Below are positions 42,578 through 52,237 of a DNA stretch of 64,000 nt, one piece after another. Origin of the DNA: Desulfomicrobium sp. (lineage in GTDB: Bacteria; Desulfobacterota; Desulfovibrionia; Desulfovibrionales; Desulfomicrobiaceae); NCBI GenBank assembly GCA_040768745.1, contig JAXGMI010000001.1, positions 192,001-256,000 on the forward strand, in the 5' to 3' direction. The position numbers and the translations under genes are program-made. The stretch's first letter is position 1. The number at the start of each line of letters is the position of its first letter. The notes under the pieces were generated by a model. The model did not search any database. It was given only the letters and a program-made list of their open reading frames with translations, and was not told the origin of the DNA.

Positions 42578-44130
42578 ATGGGAGACATCGAGAACCTTCC
42601 CGATGACATCGGGCAACTCAAGCATCTGGTCTGGGATTACTACCAGCAAAACCGCCATCTCCAGGATCGCGTGGCCCTGTTGCAGGCCGCCCTGTATGCT
42701 CCCAAGTCCGAGAAATCCAAAGACCTCTACCAAGGCATCCTACCTCTGCCCTTGGTTAGGATCGCAGAGGCGAAGCCTGCGGAAATGCCCGTCGTCGAAG
42801 TCCCGGCCCACACCAGAGCCAAGCGGGGACGCAAGCCTCTGCCGGATCACCTGCCGCGCATCGAAGTCGTTCACGATCTGCCCGAAGACCAGAAACTCTG
42901 CTCTTGCGGAGCCTGCCTGAAGCGCATCGGCGAAGAAGTCTCCGAAAAGCTCGATTACGTCCCGGCCGTCATGCGGGTAGAACGCCATATCCGCCCGAAG
43001 TACGCCTGTCCGGCCTGCGACGGAGAGGAGGGTATGCCGGTGGTGCGTATCGCACCCATGCCGCCGCAGATCATCCCCAAGGGCATCGCCACGCCGAGCC
43101 TCTTGGCCCAGGTCATTACCGCCAAGTTCGTCGATGCCATGCCGTTCTACCGCCAGACCAAGCAGTTTGCCCGCTTGGGCGTGGACATCCCGCGTCATTC
43201 CATGTCCGGATGGGCCATGGCCGTGGCCAAGGCGCTGGAGCCGCTCCATGAACTGTTCCAGGCGGAAATCCGCTCCGGCCCGGTCATCAACATGGACGAA
43301 ACCACACTGCAAGTACTCAACGAACCAGGGCGATCCGATACTTCCACATCGTATCTGTGGCTCTTCCGTGGCGGCAATCCAGATCGGCCGACCGTGGTCT
43401 ATTGCTACGACCCGACCAGGTCGGGCTCTGTCCCCAAGGAGTATCTGGGCGAGTACAAGGGCTACATCCAGACCGACGGCTACTCCGGGTACCAGGCTCT
43501 CGGCGAATCGGACGGCATCATCCATGTCGGTTGCATGGCCCACATCCGTCGTAAGTTCATGGACGTCCAGAAAGCGACCTCAAAGAAGATCACGCACGGG
43601 ACGGCCAAGGAAATCCTGGATCTCATCGGTCTGCTCTACAAGGTCGAGCACAATATCAAAGAACTGGAGCCGGAGGAAAAGGTACCAATGCGCTTGGAGC
43701 AAGCAGTTCCCATCCTCAACGCAATACGGGCCATCCTCGACGAGCGCATCGACCACGTCCCGCCCAAAAGCCTGCTCGGACAGGCCATGACCTACGCCCG
43801 CAACCAGTGGAGCCGGGCCGTGCGCTACGTGGACTGCGGATTGCTCACGCCCGACAACAACACGGCCGAGAACGCCATCCGCCCCGTGGCCCTGGGCCGG
43901 AAGAACTGGCTCTTTGCCGGAGTCCCCAAGGGCGCTGACGCCAGCGCCATGCTCTTTTCCCTGGTGGAAACCGCCAAGGCCAACGAGATCGAGCCCCAAG
44001 CCTACCTGAAATTCCTCTTCGAACGCTTCCCGCAGCACGGACCACGGAAGACATGCGGGCGCTCATGCCGCAGCACGTGGACAAATCCCTTCTCCCAAGC
44101 CTTCCCAAGCCCAAGCCTCGCAAAAAGTAA
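42578..44130 (+). CDS. tnpC: IS66 transposase TnpC (1-nt deletion ~44030 relative to the outer copy)
   Basis: LPRIEV, zinc finger, DETT, QTDGY, CMAHIRRKF and DNNTAENAIR. Confidence 0.9.
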
Positions 44131-46847
44131 GACTTCTGCTCATATCACACATCACAGGCACGTCCCAGGAAGATGCGGATGCCTGAGCGCTTACGTTTCG
44201 AGAAGCAAGACGCCATCGATCTTTTCCTCCCAAGCCCTGCGTTTCCTGTGGGCCTTGACGATGACCTGATCCTGAGTGAGCGCAACTTGGAACAATGAGA
44301 GCAAGCCCTTGTCACGCAGGTAATCCCTGATGCGGTCGTATTGACCCTGTGGGCTTGGTTTGCGTCCCTTGCCTGACCTTGGGGCGAGTATTTCCCGGAT
44401 CTTGGCATCGGCCTTGGCAAGGCGCTCCTGGCGGTTCGCCTTGGTTTCGGCTGCGATCTTCGGAGAATAGGCCATAACGAACCGGACCCCGCTGCGAACT
44501 TCCTCGACAATCTCCTCGTCCTGCCCATTAAACGAGATCTTAAGACGCAACGCCTCGATCACGCTCCGCGCCTCCTCTCCACGACGCAATGGATGCGCCA
44601 CGATGAAGCCGAATTCCTCGGCCAGCAACGTCTCGAGATTTTGGTCCGAGAGCATTCCCCTGTCCCCGACAAACACCACGCTGCGTAGCTTGAAGCGAGT
44701 CTTCAGATCCTTCACCACCTCAACCACAGTGGTCTTATCCACGGTGTTCCCCGGAAAGACATGGTGGCAAAGCGGTATGCCGTCCTTGCCCATGACCACG
44801 CCGATGGTGATTTGGCGCCGATCAAACCGGCCATCGCGACTGTATCCGAAGCGCCGAATGTCATCCTCCACCAACGATCGATCCCCGTCGAACCATGTGG
44901 AAGTGATGTCATAGAAGAGCAGGTCGCCTTCCCAATGCGCCTTGGGCATGAAGCGCTTGGCTATCAAGGGCTCCAAAGCTTCCTTCGCATCCAGCAATCT
45001 ATCCATGGCGCGCAGGAGATGGTGATAGGCCGGGCGGTGTTGCTCAAATCCAGAAAGCCAGACGCCATCGAGCCAATCCAGTAGCGCCAGTTTGGAGCAC
45101 GGATCGCAGAGTCGATTGACGATCAGCAACTTGATCAGTTCAGCATAATCCATCCCGGCCCCGGTCTTTACTCCTGCACGGGCCAGGGCTTTGGAGAGTC
45201 CCAGGATTTCCCAGAGATGTTTGACCGCGTGAACATGTCCGAAATCACGTGCAAACGTGAGGAGCGGCGGTCCAGTCTGAACCGGGTCTCGACCGAGAGC
45301 TTTCTGGAAGCCAGCGATGAGTCTCTCGACCTGGTCTTCGCCCAAACTCTCGATAGTGCCGAGATGAGCCAGGATGCGTGTGCGCGGAGATCCGCCTTTC
45401 TCGGGATCACGGAAAGATTCCGCGATCTGAAGATGGCGGTAGACTTTGTCGCCTCGTTTCTGCTTGGCTATTCGTACAAACATAAACTACGAGTAGCATT
45501 ATTATTCATGAATAGCAATGTTTATGTCTATTTTGTACGTACTACAAATTGGGCATTAAAAAACAATATAAGTCATAACTTCGAGGTGTTAGCCTCAGGC
45601 CGCTGTCAAACTTGGGGGGACGTGGTCGATGCGCTCGTCGAGGATGGCCCGTATTGCGTTGAGGATGGGAACTGCTTGCTCCAAGCGCATTGGTACCTTT
45701 TCCTCCGGCTCCAGTTCTTTGATATTGTGCTCGACCTTGTAGAGCAGACCGATGAGATCCAGGATTTCCTTGGCCGTCCCGTGCGTGATCTTCTTTGAGG
45801 TCGCTTTCTGGACGTCCATGAACTTACGACGGATGTGGGCCATGCAACCGACATGGATGATGCCGTCCGATTCGCCGAGAGCCTGGTACCCGGAGTAGCC
45901 GTCGGTCTGGATGTAGCCCTTGTACTCGCCCAGATACTCCTTGGGGACAGAGCCCGACCTGGTCGGGTCGTAGCAATAGACCACGGTCGGCCGATCTGGA
46001 TTGCCGCCACGGAAGAGCCACAGATACGATGTGGAAGTATCGGATCGCCCTGGTTCGTTGAGTACTTGCAGTGTGGTTTCGTCCATGTTGATGACCGGGC
46101 CGGAGCGGATTTCCGCCTGGAACAGTTCATGGAGCGGCTCCAGCGCCTTGGCCACGGCCATGGCCCATCCGGACATGGAATGACGCGGGATGTCCACGCC
46201 CAAGCGGGCAAACTGCTTGGTCTGGCGGTAGAACGGCATGGCATCGACGAACTTGGCGGTAATGACCTGGGCCAAGAGGCTCGGCGTGGCGATGCCCTTG
46301 GGGATGATCTGCGGCGGCATGGGTGCGATACGCACCACCGGCATACCCTCCTCTCCGTCGCAGGCCGGACAGGCGTACTTCGGGCGGATATGGCGTTCTA
46401 CCCGCATGACGGCCGGGACGTAATCGAGCTTTTCGGAGACTTCTTCGCCGATGCGCTTCAGGCAGGCTCCGCAAGAGCAGAGTTTCTGGTCTTCGGGCAG
46501 ATCGTGAACGACTTCGATGCGCGGCAGGTGATCCGGCAGAGGCTTGCGTCCCCGCTTGGCTCTGGTGTGGGCCGGGACTTCGACGACGGGCATTTCCGCA
46601 GGCTTCGCCTCTGCGATCCTAACCAAGGGCAGAGGTAGGATGCCTTGGTAGAGGTCTTTGGATTTCTCGGACTTGGGAGCATACAGGGCGGCCTGCAACA
46701 GGGCCACGCGATCCTGGAGATGGCGGTTTTGCTGGTAGTAATCCCAGACCAGATGCTTGAGTTGCCCGATGTCATCGGGAAGGTTCTCGATGTCTCCCAT
46801 GCAAGAATATTTAGCAATAATATCTTGAAATAGCAAGATATTTGTCA

Positions 46848-47198
46848 CTATAGAACCGATCTGTAGTACAACCGCTGATGTGCTCCTTGCGGCGTGAGCG
46901 TGAGTCCATCGAGGAGCCAGCCAAGCTGTTGCGGGGTGATATTCATGACCTCTGACGCCCGCTCGGGCCAGCAGAATCGATGCTTCTCCAGGCGCTTGTG
47001 CCAGAGGCAGAAGCCGTTGCGATCCCAGTACAGCACCTTGATGGCGTCGCGCCTGCGGTTGCAGAAGACAAAGAGGTGTCCGGAAAAGGGGTCCAGATCG
47101 AGAATGCCCTGGGCCGTCATGCTCAGTCTGTCGATGCCGGCGCGCATGTCCGTGGTACCGGGGGCGAGATAGACCTTGGCCGCGGGCACCCTCAGCAT
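46848..47198 (-). CDS. tnpB: IS66 accessory protein TnpB (outer copy)
   Basis: Same protein as 42180-42530. Confidence 0.93.
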   Translation of the reverse strand: MLRVPAAKVYLAPGTTDMRAGIDRLSMTAQGILDLDPFSGHLFVFCNRRRDAIKVLYWDRNGFCLWHKRLEKHRFCWPERASEVMNITPQQLGWLLDGLTLTPQGAHQRLYYRSVL

Positions 47199-47518
47199 CG
47201 GGCTTCCAGCACGGTCAGCAGCTTGGTCAGCGTGGCTTCGTCGAAGTCAGCCGGGATATCGAGAGCGTAACGCTTACCGACCAGCAGGCCAATGGACGGG
47301 GCTTTCGAGGCGAACGTAAGCGGCAACGCCACAAGAGCAGGAATTGAGGTGGATTCGCCACCAGAAGATGATCGGGACTTTGTTATCCAGTATTGGAACG
47401 TGCTCAAAGCCAAACCATTTTCGCGACAGTATCGGGTCTTGCCGAGGCCACTCTCCCGCCATTGCCGGACATGCGCCATCCAGCGTGCCGCGTGATTCTG
47501 TGCAAATTGAGATTTCAT
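47192..47518 (-). CDS. tnpA: IS66 accessory protein TnpA (outer copy)
   Basis: Same protein as 41860-42186. Confidence 0.88.
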   Translation of the reverse strand: MKSQFAQNHAARWMAHVRQWRESGLGKTRYCRENGLALSTFQYWITKSRSSSGGESTSIPALVALPLTFASKAPSIGLLVGKRYALDIPADFDEATLTKLLTVLEARC

Positions 47519-47793
47519 GAAGACCTCCTTGAATTGGAGGCCCATTATCTCACATGAAAAATTTATGGATAGATGCGGACAGGTGAGCGCTTACAAAGAG
47601 TCAGATGTTTATGAAATTATCGACGAGTCTTCATCTGTTGATGAATTAAAAAAGCAAGCCGTCTATTATGCGAGAAATCTAGGGGAAACAGAACACGCAT
47701 GGACTTATGGTATAGATTCTTCTGGTAAATCTTGTGCGCCTTTTGAACTAGAGGTAAATGATAGTTTATACTTTGTAATTAAAGATTACTGAA

Positions 47794-48336
47794 GTGCACA
47801 CTATGGACGCGAATAAGGTACTTATCCCTATTCCTAATCAATATAAAAATTTGCGCGACAATTTGAGGCTTTATGGATATGAACTTGTAGCTTTTTCAGA
47901 TAGATATGATTTATATCTAGATAAAGTTACCGACTGCGGCACTACATCAAGAGACCGCCTAAGATATTTAAAACAACATAACCTTTTTGGTATATTTAGA
48001 ATTTTATCAATAGATGCAACTACTCATACCATTATTATTGACAAACCTTTGTTCTTGAAGGGCAATAGAATTCCATATTGTTTTGCTGAAAATGAAGTTT
48101 TATTCAAAGTTTCTTCATTTATTGAGCATATAAAGCCATTAAAAGCAAGAGATTTAATACCAGATAATTTTGTATCTGCATTTTTTGCTATAGTCGGAGC
48201 GCCTGTTGTAATCCCAATGGCTTTATTTTTTGGAGGAAAGTCTATTGTTGATAGATCATTAATGTCATTTAGGGAAAATAAATTTTGCAAAAATATAGAT
48301 AAAATTCCAGATATTCCGCAATTCAAGTCAAATTAA
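47794..48336 (+). CDS. AT-rich hypothetical protein with C-terminal hydrophobic segment
   Basis: 180-codon ORF in stop-rich DNA, starting 1 nt after the upstream stop. Contains FVSAFFAIVGAPVVIPMALFFGG. Confidence 0.75.
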   Translation: MHTMDANKVLIPIPNQYKNLRDNLRLYGYELVAFSDRYDLYLDKVTDCGTTSRDRLRYLKQHNLFGIFRILSIDATTHTIIIDKPLFLKGNRIPYCFAENEVLFKVSSFIEHIKPLKARDLIPDNFVSAFFAIVGAPVVIPMALFFGGKSIVDRSLMSFRENKFCKNIDKIPDIPQFKSN

Positions 48337-48516
48337 AAAGCCCCAACCGAATCCGGGGCAGAAGAAGGAAGAACTATCGTGTCAGCCCGCCGAATTTTCT
48401 TTAGTAATCATGCCTAAACTTGTCACCCTCATTGAGCTTGGCAACGCCTTCCGAGCTGAGTGGAAATATTTCGTGTAAATGGTCAGTTGTCGATAATCGA
48501 CCCCGGAAAACGGGGG

Positions 48517-48578
48517 TTTATGGTCCGGGGGATGAAGAGGCTATCGAAAGGCATATGGCGATCCTTGAGGCAGCTTGA
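48517..48578 (+). repeat. 62-bp direct repeat, copy 2
   Basis: Encodes YGPGDEEAIERHMAILEAA*. Three silent differences from copy 1. Confidence 0.95.
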
Positions 48579-48707
48579 TAACCATGCTTTGAAGGTGTAT
48601 CTTCAAAGCCAAGTTGGTTAGATTTTGGTGTAGAGAGTCTTTGGACAATTGGCTGTGCCAACCTGAGTTTTTCCTTTAAATATTAGTTAGCTAATGTGTC
48701 ACGGGGG

Positions 48708-48726
48708 CGAGTCTCCCCTTCCACCA
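48708..48726 (+). repeat. att site: duplicated tRNA-Leu 3' end
   Basis: CGAGTCTCCCCTTC is identical to 38126-38139, followed by CACCA with a 2-nt gap. Confidence 0.85.
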
Positions 48727-48732
48727 AACGAG

Positions 48733-48776
48733 AAAAAACGAAGGTCCCATTTTTTTCAATGGGACCTTCGTTTTTT
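48733..48776. terminator. strong bidirectional terminator (likely the original tRNA terminator)
   Basis: AAAAAACGAAGGTCCCATT..AATGGGACCTTCGTTTTTT. Confidence 0.85.
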
Positions 48777-48799
48777 GCTTTCATGTCCTGCAGACCTGC

Positions 48800-49453
48800 T
48801 TATCCGAGTATGCGCATCAACTCCATGGGGTGGGCAATGGTCTCCCTGGCCCCGGCCATGCGCAGCTCCTCCCCGGTCCGGAACCCCCACAACACGCCTA
48901 TGGGATACATGCCCGCATTGACTGCGGTGAACATGTCCACGTCCGTGTCGCCCAGATAGAGGACCTCTTCCGGCAATACCCCGAGATACCGGAGCAACTG
49001 CCGAGGGGCGGTCGGGTCGGGCTTGACCGGAACTCCCAGCTGCTGGCCTAGAATCAGCCCGAACGGCCATCCTGACAGGAACTCGTGCACACATAGCTCG
49101 GCAAAGGCCTGAGGCTTGTTGGTCAATACAGCCAAGGCCAGATTCCTGGAACACAGAGCATCCAGCAGACCAGATATCCCCTCATAGAGCCTGGTTTTTG
49201 TTTTCCAGTTGGCCCCGTATTCGCTCAGAAAGGCTTCCAGACTGCGACGCCTGATGGATCCCTCCTGTGCCTCGGCAGGCAGGGCGCGGGCCACGAGCTG
49301 GCCTGCCCCGCTGCCCACGAAACGGCGGTAGGATTCCACGGGATGCGTCGGAAAACCTTGCCGTTCCAGCACCCTGTTCATGGCCTCCGCCAGATCCTCC
49401 AAGGTATCCAACAGGGTGCCGTCCATATCGAAAACAACTGCCTTGCAGCGCAT
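48800..49453 (-). CDS. HAD-superfamily phosphatase (phosphoglycolate phosphatase-like)
   Basis: FDMDGTLLDT, LTNK, KPDP and GDTDVD. Confidence 0.9.
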   Translation of the reverse strand: MRCKAVVFDMDGTLLDTLEDLAEAMNRVLERQGFPTHPVESYRRFVGSGAGQLVARALPAEAQEGSIRRRSLEAFLSEYGANWKTKTRLYEGISGLLDALCSRNLALAVLTNKPQAFAELCVHEFLSGWPFGLILGQQLGVPVKPDPTAPRQLLRYLGVLPEEVLYLGDTDVDMFTAVNAGMYPIGVLWGFRTGEELRMAGARETIAHPMELMRILG

Positions 49454-49729
49454 GTTCGTTTCCCTCCGCCATTTCCGATTGGTGAACACATTGGGGCGAC
49501 CCGCATTCCCAGAGCCGCAAAGTTCGTCCTTCGGCTGCGTGCATCCCCACCGCTCGGGATGCGCAGACAAAACGCGTGCTGCGCATCGGAAATGGGATAC
49601 CGTTGATGATCAGTGCAGGCCAGGGCTGCCATGTCCACAAGAGAGGGGGAGGCCTGGCCGCAACCGGACCGCAGAAAAAAAGCGGGCCACTGCGGACCCG
49701 CCCTTCATGCGTCGGAATTTGCGGCCTGT

Positions 49730-50437
49730 CTACCCGCCCAGATAGGCCTTGATGACCCGTTCGTCCTTCAGGAGTTCCTCGCCCGTACCCTGCAGCACGA
49801 TGCTCCCTGTCTCCAGCACGTAGGCATGATGGGCCACTTTCAGGGCCGCAAAGGCGTTCTGTTCCACCAGAAGGACCGTCTTCCCCTGCTCCTCGTTGAT
49901 GAGCCGGATGATCTTGAACACGTCGTTGACCAGCAGGGGCGCCAGGCCCAGGGACGGTTCGTCCAGCATGACCACGTCAGGGGAGCTCATCAGTGCCCGG
50001 GCCACGGCCAGCATCTGCTGTTCACCGCCGGACAGGGTCCCGCCCTTCTGATTCTGGCGTTCGCGCAGGCGGGGGAAGAGATCAAAGGCCCACTCCTTGT
50101 CCCGCTCGATGCCGTCCCTGTCGGAACGGCTGTAGGCGCCCAGGTACAGGTTCTCGGTCACGCTCAGATGCGGAAAGATGCGCCTGCCCTCGGGAGACAT
50201 GACGATGCCGGCCTTGACGATCTCCACCGGATCGAGGCTGGTGATATCCCGGTCCTTGTAGGTGATGGTCCCTTTTTTGTGTTTGATGAGCCCGGAAATG
50301 GCCCGCAGCGTGCTGCTCTTGCCCGCTCCGTTGGCCCCGATGAGGGTCACGATCCGGCCCCTGGGCGCTTCCAGGGAAATGCCTTTGAGGGCATGGATGC
50401 CCCCGTAATAGACGTGCAAGTCGTGGATCTTAAGCAT
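49730..50437 (-). CDS. livF: branched-chain amino acid ABC ATPase
   Basis: GANGAGKS, LSGGEQQM, DEPSLGLAP and VEQN. Confidence 0.93.
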   Translation of the reverse strand: MLKIHDLHVYYGGIHALKGISLEAPRGRIVTLIGANGAGKSSTLRAISGLIKHKKGTITYKDRDITSLDPVEIVKAGIVMSPEGRRIFPHLSVTENLYLGAYSRSDRDGIERDKEWAFDLFPRLRERQNQKGGTLSGGEQQMLAVARALMSSPDVVMLDEPSLGLAPLLVNDVFKIIRLINEEQGKTVLLVEQNAFAALKVAHHAYVLETGSIVLQGTGEELLKDERVIKAYLGG

Positions 50438-51209
50438 GCTGAACGTACTCCTCACCCAGATAGGCTTCAATGACCTTGGGATTGGACTGGATGGCCGAGG
50501 GCGAGCCCTCGGCGATGGTCACCCCGTAATCCAGGACCCAGATATGCTCGCACACGCCCATGACCACCTTCATGTCGTGCTCGATCAGGAGAATGGTCAG
50601 GTCGAAACGGGAGCGGATGGTGCGGATGAATTCCATGAGCTCCAACGATTCCTGCGGGTTCATGCCTGCAGCCGGCTCGTCCAGGAGCAGGAAGTGTGGC
50701 TGGGTGGCCAGGGCGCGGGCGATCTCCAACCGGCGCTGGGCCCCGTAAGGCAGGCTGTTGGCCTTTTCCCCGGCAATGTCTGCCAGGCCCACCACGTCCA
50801 GCAACTCCATGCCCCGGGTCCGGATGGCCCTTTCCTCGCTGAAAGAGGCCGGAAGCATGAGCACCGATTGGACCCAGCCGGTCTTCTGGCGCACGAAATT
50901 GCCGATCATGACGTTTTCCAGGGCCGTTTCGTTGCCGAAGAGGCGGATGTTCTGAAAGGTGCGCGCGATGCCGGCCCGGCAGACCTGATGCGGCGACTTG
51001 CCCGTCAGCTCCCGGCCCTGAAAAAAGACCTGCCCTTCCGTGGGCCGATAAAACCCCGTGATCATGTTGAAACAGGTGGTCTTGCCCGCCCCGTTGGGAC
51101 CGATCAGGCCCGTGATGCTCCCCTGGGGGATGCTGGCGCTGAACTCCGACACGGCGGTCAGTCCGCCGAAGCGCATGGTCAGGTTCCTGGTCTCCAGAAT
51201 CGTGCTCAT
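50430..51209 (-). CDS. livG: branched-chain amino acid ABC ATPase
   Basis: GPNGAGKTT, LPYGAQRRLEIA, DEPAAG and IEHDM. Confidence 0.93.
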   Translation of the reverse strand: MSTILETRNLTMRFGGLTAVSEFSASIPQGSITGLIGPNGAGKTTCFNMITGFYRPTEGQVFFQGRELTGKSPHQVCRAGIARTFQNIRLFGNETALENVMIGNFVRQKTGWVQSVLMLPASFSEERAIRTRGMELLDVVGLADIAGEKANSLPYGAQRRLEIARALATQPHFLLLDEPAAGMNPQESLELMEFIRTIRSRFDLTILLIEHDMKVVMGVCEHIWVLDYGVTIAEGSPSAIQSNPKVIEAYLGEEYVQHA

Positions 51210-52237
51210 GCCCCACCTCGCTTCATCAATTTGGCCAACCCGGCCCAGGTGATCTCCCGCATGCCCATGATGCCCTCGCGGCGAAAGAGAATGACCAGGA
51301 TCAGCACCAGGGAAAAGACCACCATGCGCATGCCCGGAATGCCCGGCATGGTCCATTCGCCGATGGTCACGGGGTTCTCCACGAACCTGAGCCATTCGAG
51401 CACCACCGTGATGCCGATGCCGGCCAGGATGGACCCGGTGATGGACCCCAGGCCGCCGGTGACCACGATCATGAGCACGTTGAAGGTCAGGGTGAAGAGG
51501 AACATCTTGGGATCGATGGTGGTCAGCAGACTGGCCAGGAGGGCTCCCCCCACTCCGGCGAAGAAGGCGCCAATGGTGAAGGACAGGAGCTTGATGCGGA
51601 AGACATTGATGCCCATGGCCTTTGCTGCGGTCTCGTCGTCGCGGATGGCCTTGAAGACGTTGCCCGTGTTGCTGCCCAGGATGCGGATGACGAAATACAG
51701 GGTCAACAGGCACCAGCCATAGTTCCACCACAGGTTGGCGTGATCCGGGATGCCCTTGAAACCGAGGGCCCCGTTGGTGACGCGGGGGATGTTGTTGGCG
51801 ATGACCCGCACGATCTCGGCGAATCCCAGGGTGGCGATGCCCAGGTAGTCGTCGCCCAGACGCAACAGCGGCGCGCCGATGACAAGGCCGAAGAGGGCGG
51901 CCACCACGCCGCCCGCCACCACGGCCACCAGGAAGGGCGCGTGGGAGTCCTGCACCCAGGGGTAGGCCTCCTGCAGGATGAAGAGAGTCATCTTCTGGTC
52001 CGGGGTCATGATCAGGATGGAGCAGACATAGGCCCCGATGGCCATGAAGCCGGCATGCCCCAGACTGAACATGCCCGTGAACCCGTAAATGAGGTTCAGG
52101 GACAGGGCCAGGATGATGTTCACGGCGATGAGGTTCAGGATCTGGATCTTGTAGCCGTCCAGGGAGCCCTGGGCCCACCACAGAAAAAGGCCCAGGCAGG
52201 CCACCAGGGCCAGGTTCAGAAATATGGTGCCTTTCAT
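51206..52237 (-). CDS. livM: branched-chain amino acid ABC permease
   Basis: FSLGHAGF, LRLGDDYLGIATLGF and AIRDDE. Confidence 0.92.
   Translation of the reverse strand: MKGTIFLNLALVACLGLFLWWAQGSLDGYKIQILNLIAVNIILALSLNLIYGFTGMFSLGHAGFMAIGAYVCSILIMTPDQKMTLFILQEAYPWVQDSHAPFLVAVVAGGVVAALFGLVIGAPLLRLGDDYLGIATLGFAEIVRVIANNIPRVTNGALGFKGIPDHANLWWNYGWCLLTLYFVIRILGSNTGNVFKAIRDDETAAKAMGINVFRIKLLSFTIGAFFAGVGGALLASLLTTIDPKMFLFTLTFNVLMIVVTGGLGSITGSILAGIGITVVLEWLRFVENPVTIGEWTMPGIPGMRMVVFSLVLILVILFRREGIMGMREITWAGLAKLMKRGGA

Larger units (their letters stand above)
41784..44194 (+). mobile_element. IS66-family element, inner copy
   Basis: GTAAGCGCTCA..TGAGCGCTTAC. 8-bp TSD GTTTCGAG at 41776-41783 and 44195-44202. 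2411 bp. Confidence 0.95.
41394..45483 (-). pseudogene. IS1634 transposase (556 aa reconstituted), split
   Basis: YDITSTWF, GYSRDG and FVGDRGM, then ..VLLLET|TDMD..EIERGWRALKSTLELRPVYHW. Confidence 0.9.
41322..45616 (-). mobile_element. IS1634-family element (interrupted by IS66)
   Basis: 15-bp IRs CCCAAGTTTGACAGC. 6-bp TSD GGGACG at 41316-41321 and 45617-45622. 1876 bp net. Confidence 0.9.
40946..46800 (-). pseudogene. tnpC: IS66 TnpC split by IS1634
   Basis: 46800-45617 ends ERIDHVP. The part ending at 40946 resumes PKSLLGQA..DNNTAENAIR..KPRKK*. Confidence 0.9.
40883..47594 (-). mobile_element. IS66-family element, outer copy (interrupted by IS1634)
   Basis: GTAAGCGCTCA termini. 8-bp TSD AAAGAGTC at 40875-40882 and 47595-47602. 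2411 bp after removing the insert. Confidence 0.95.
40839..47792 (+). pseudogene. 77-aa AT-rich cargo gene split by IS66
   Basis: GGAGG RBS. MKLYKRIVSNNIKES (40839-40882) joins in frame across the TSD AAAGAGTC to DVYEIIDE..VIKDY* (to 47792). Confidence 0.8.
38147..48726. mobile_element. decayed integrative element inserted at tRNA-Leu
   Basis: Integrase remnant next to the tRNA, AT-rich content, and the tRNA 3' end repeated at 48708-48726. Confidence 0.85.

Noticed and set aside
47517..47792. 91-aa ORF (and the 155-aa ORF at 41394-41861) with identical N-termini
   Set aside because: The shared first 26 residues are read out of the IS66 end into the interrupted genes.
48410..48478. 22-codon ORF MPKLVTLIELGNAFRAEWKYFV in the island
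   Set aside because: No clear RBS and too short to support without conservation data.
40598..48578. 62-bp repeat pair as DGR template/variable repeats or CRISPR repeats
   Set aside because: No reverse transcriptase or cas genes, only two copies, and the mismatches are silent and not all adenines in one copy.
49490..49530. c-di-GMP-I riboswitch (GGG-GCGA-CCC, CGCAAAG)
   Set aside because: It lacks the upstream GCAAA element and correct spacing, and lies antisense to the adjacent gene.
50430..52181. 583-aa ORF suggesting a LivM-LivG fusion
   Set aside because: The upstream part is an off-frame overlap of livM. livG has its own ATG at 51209 overlapping the livM stop.
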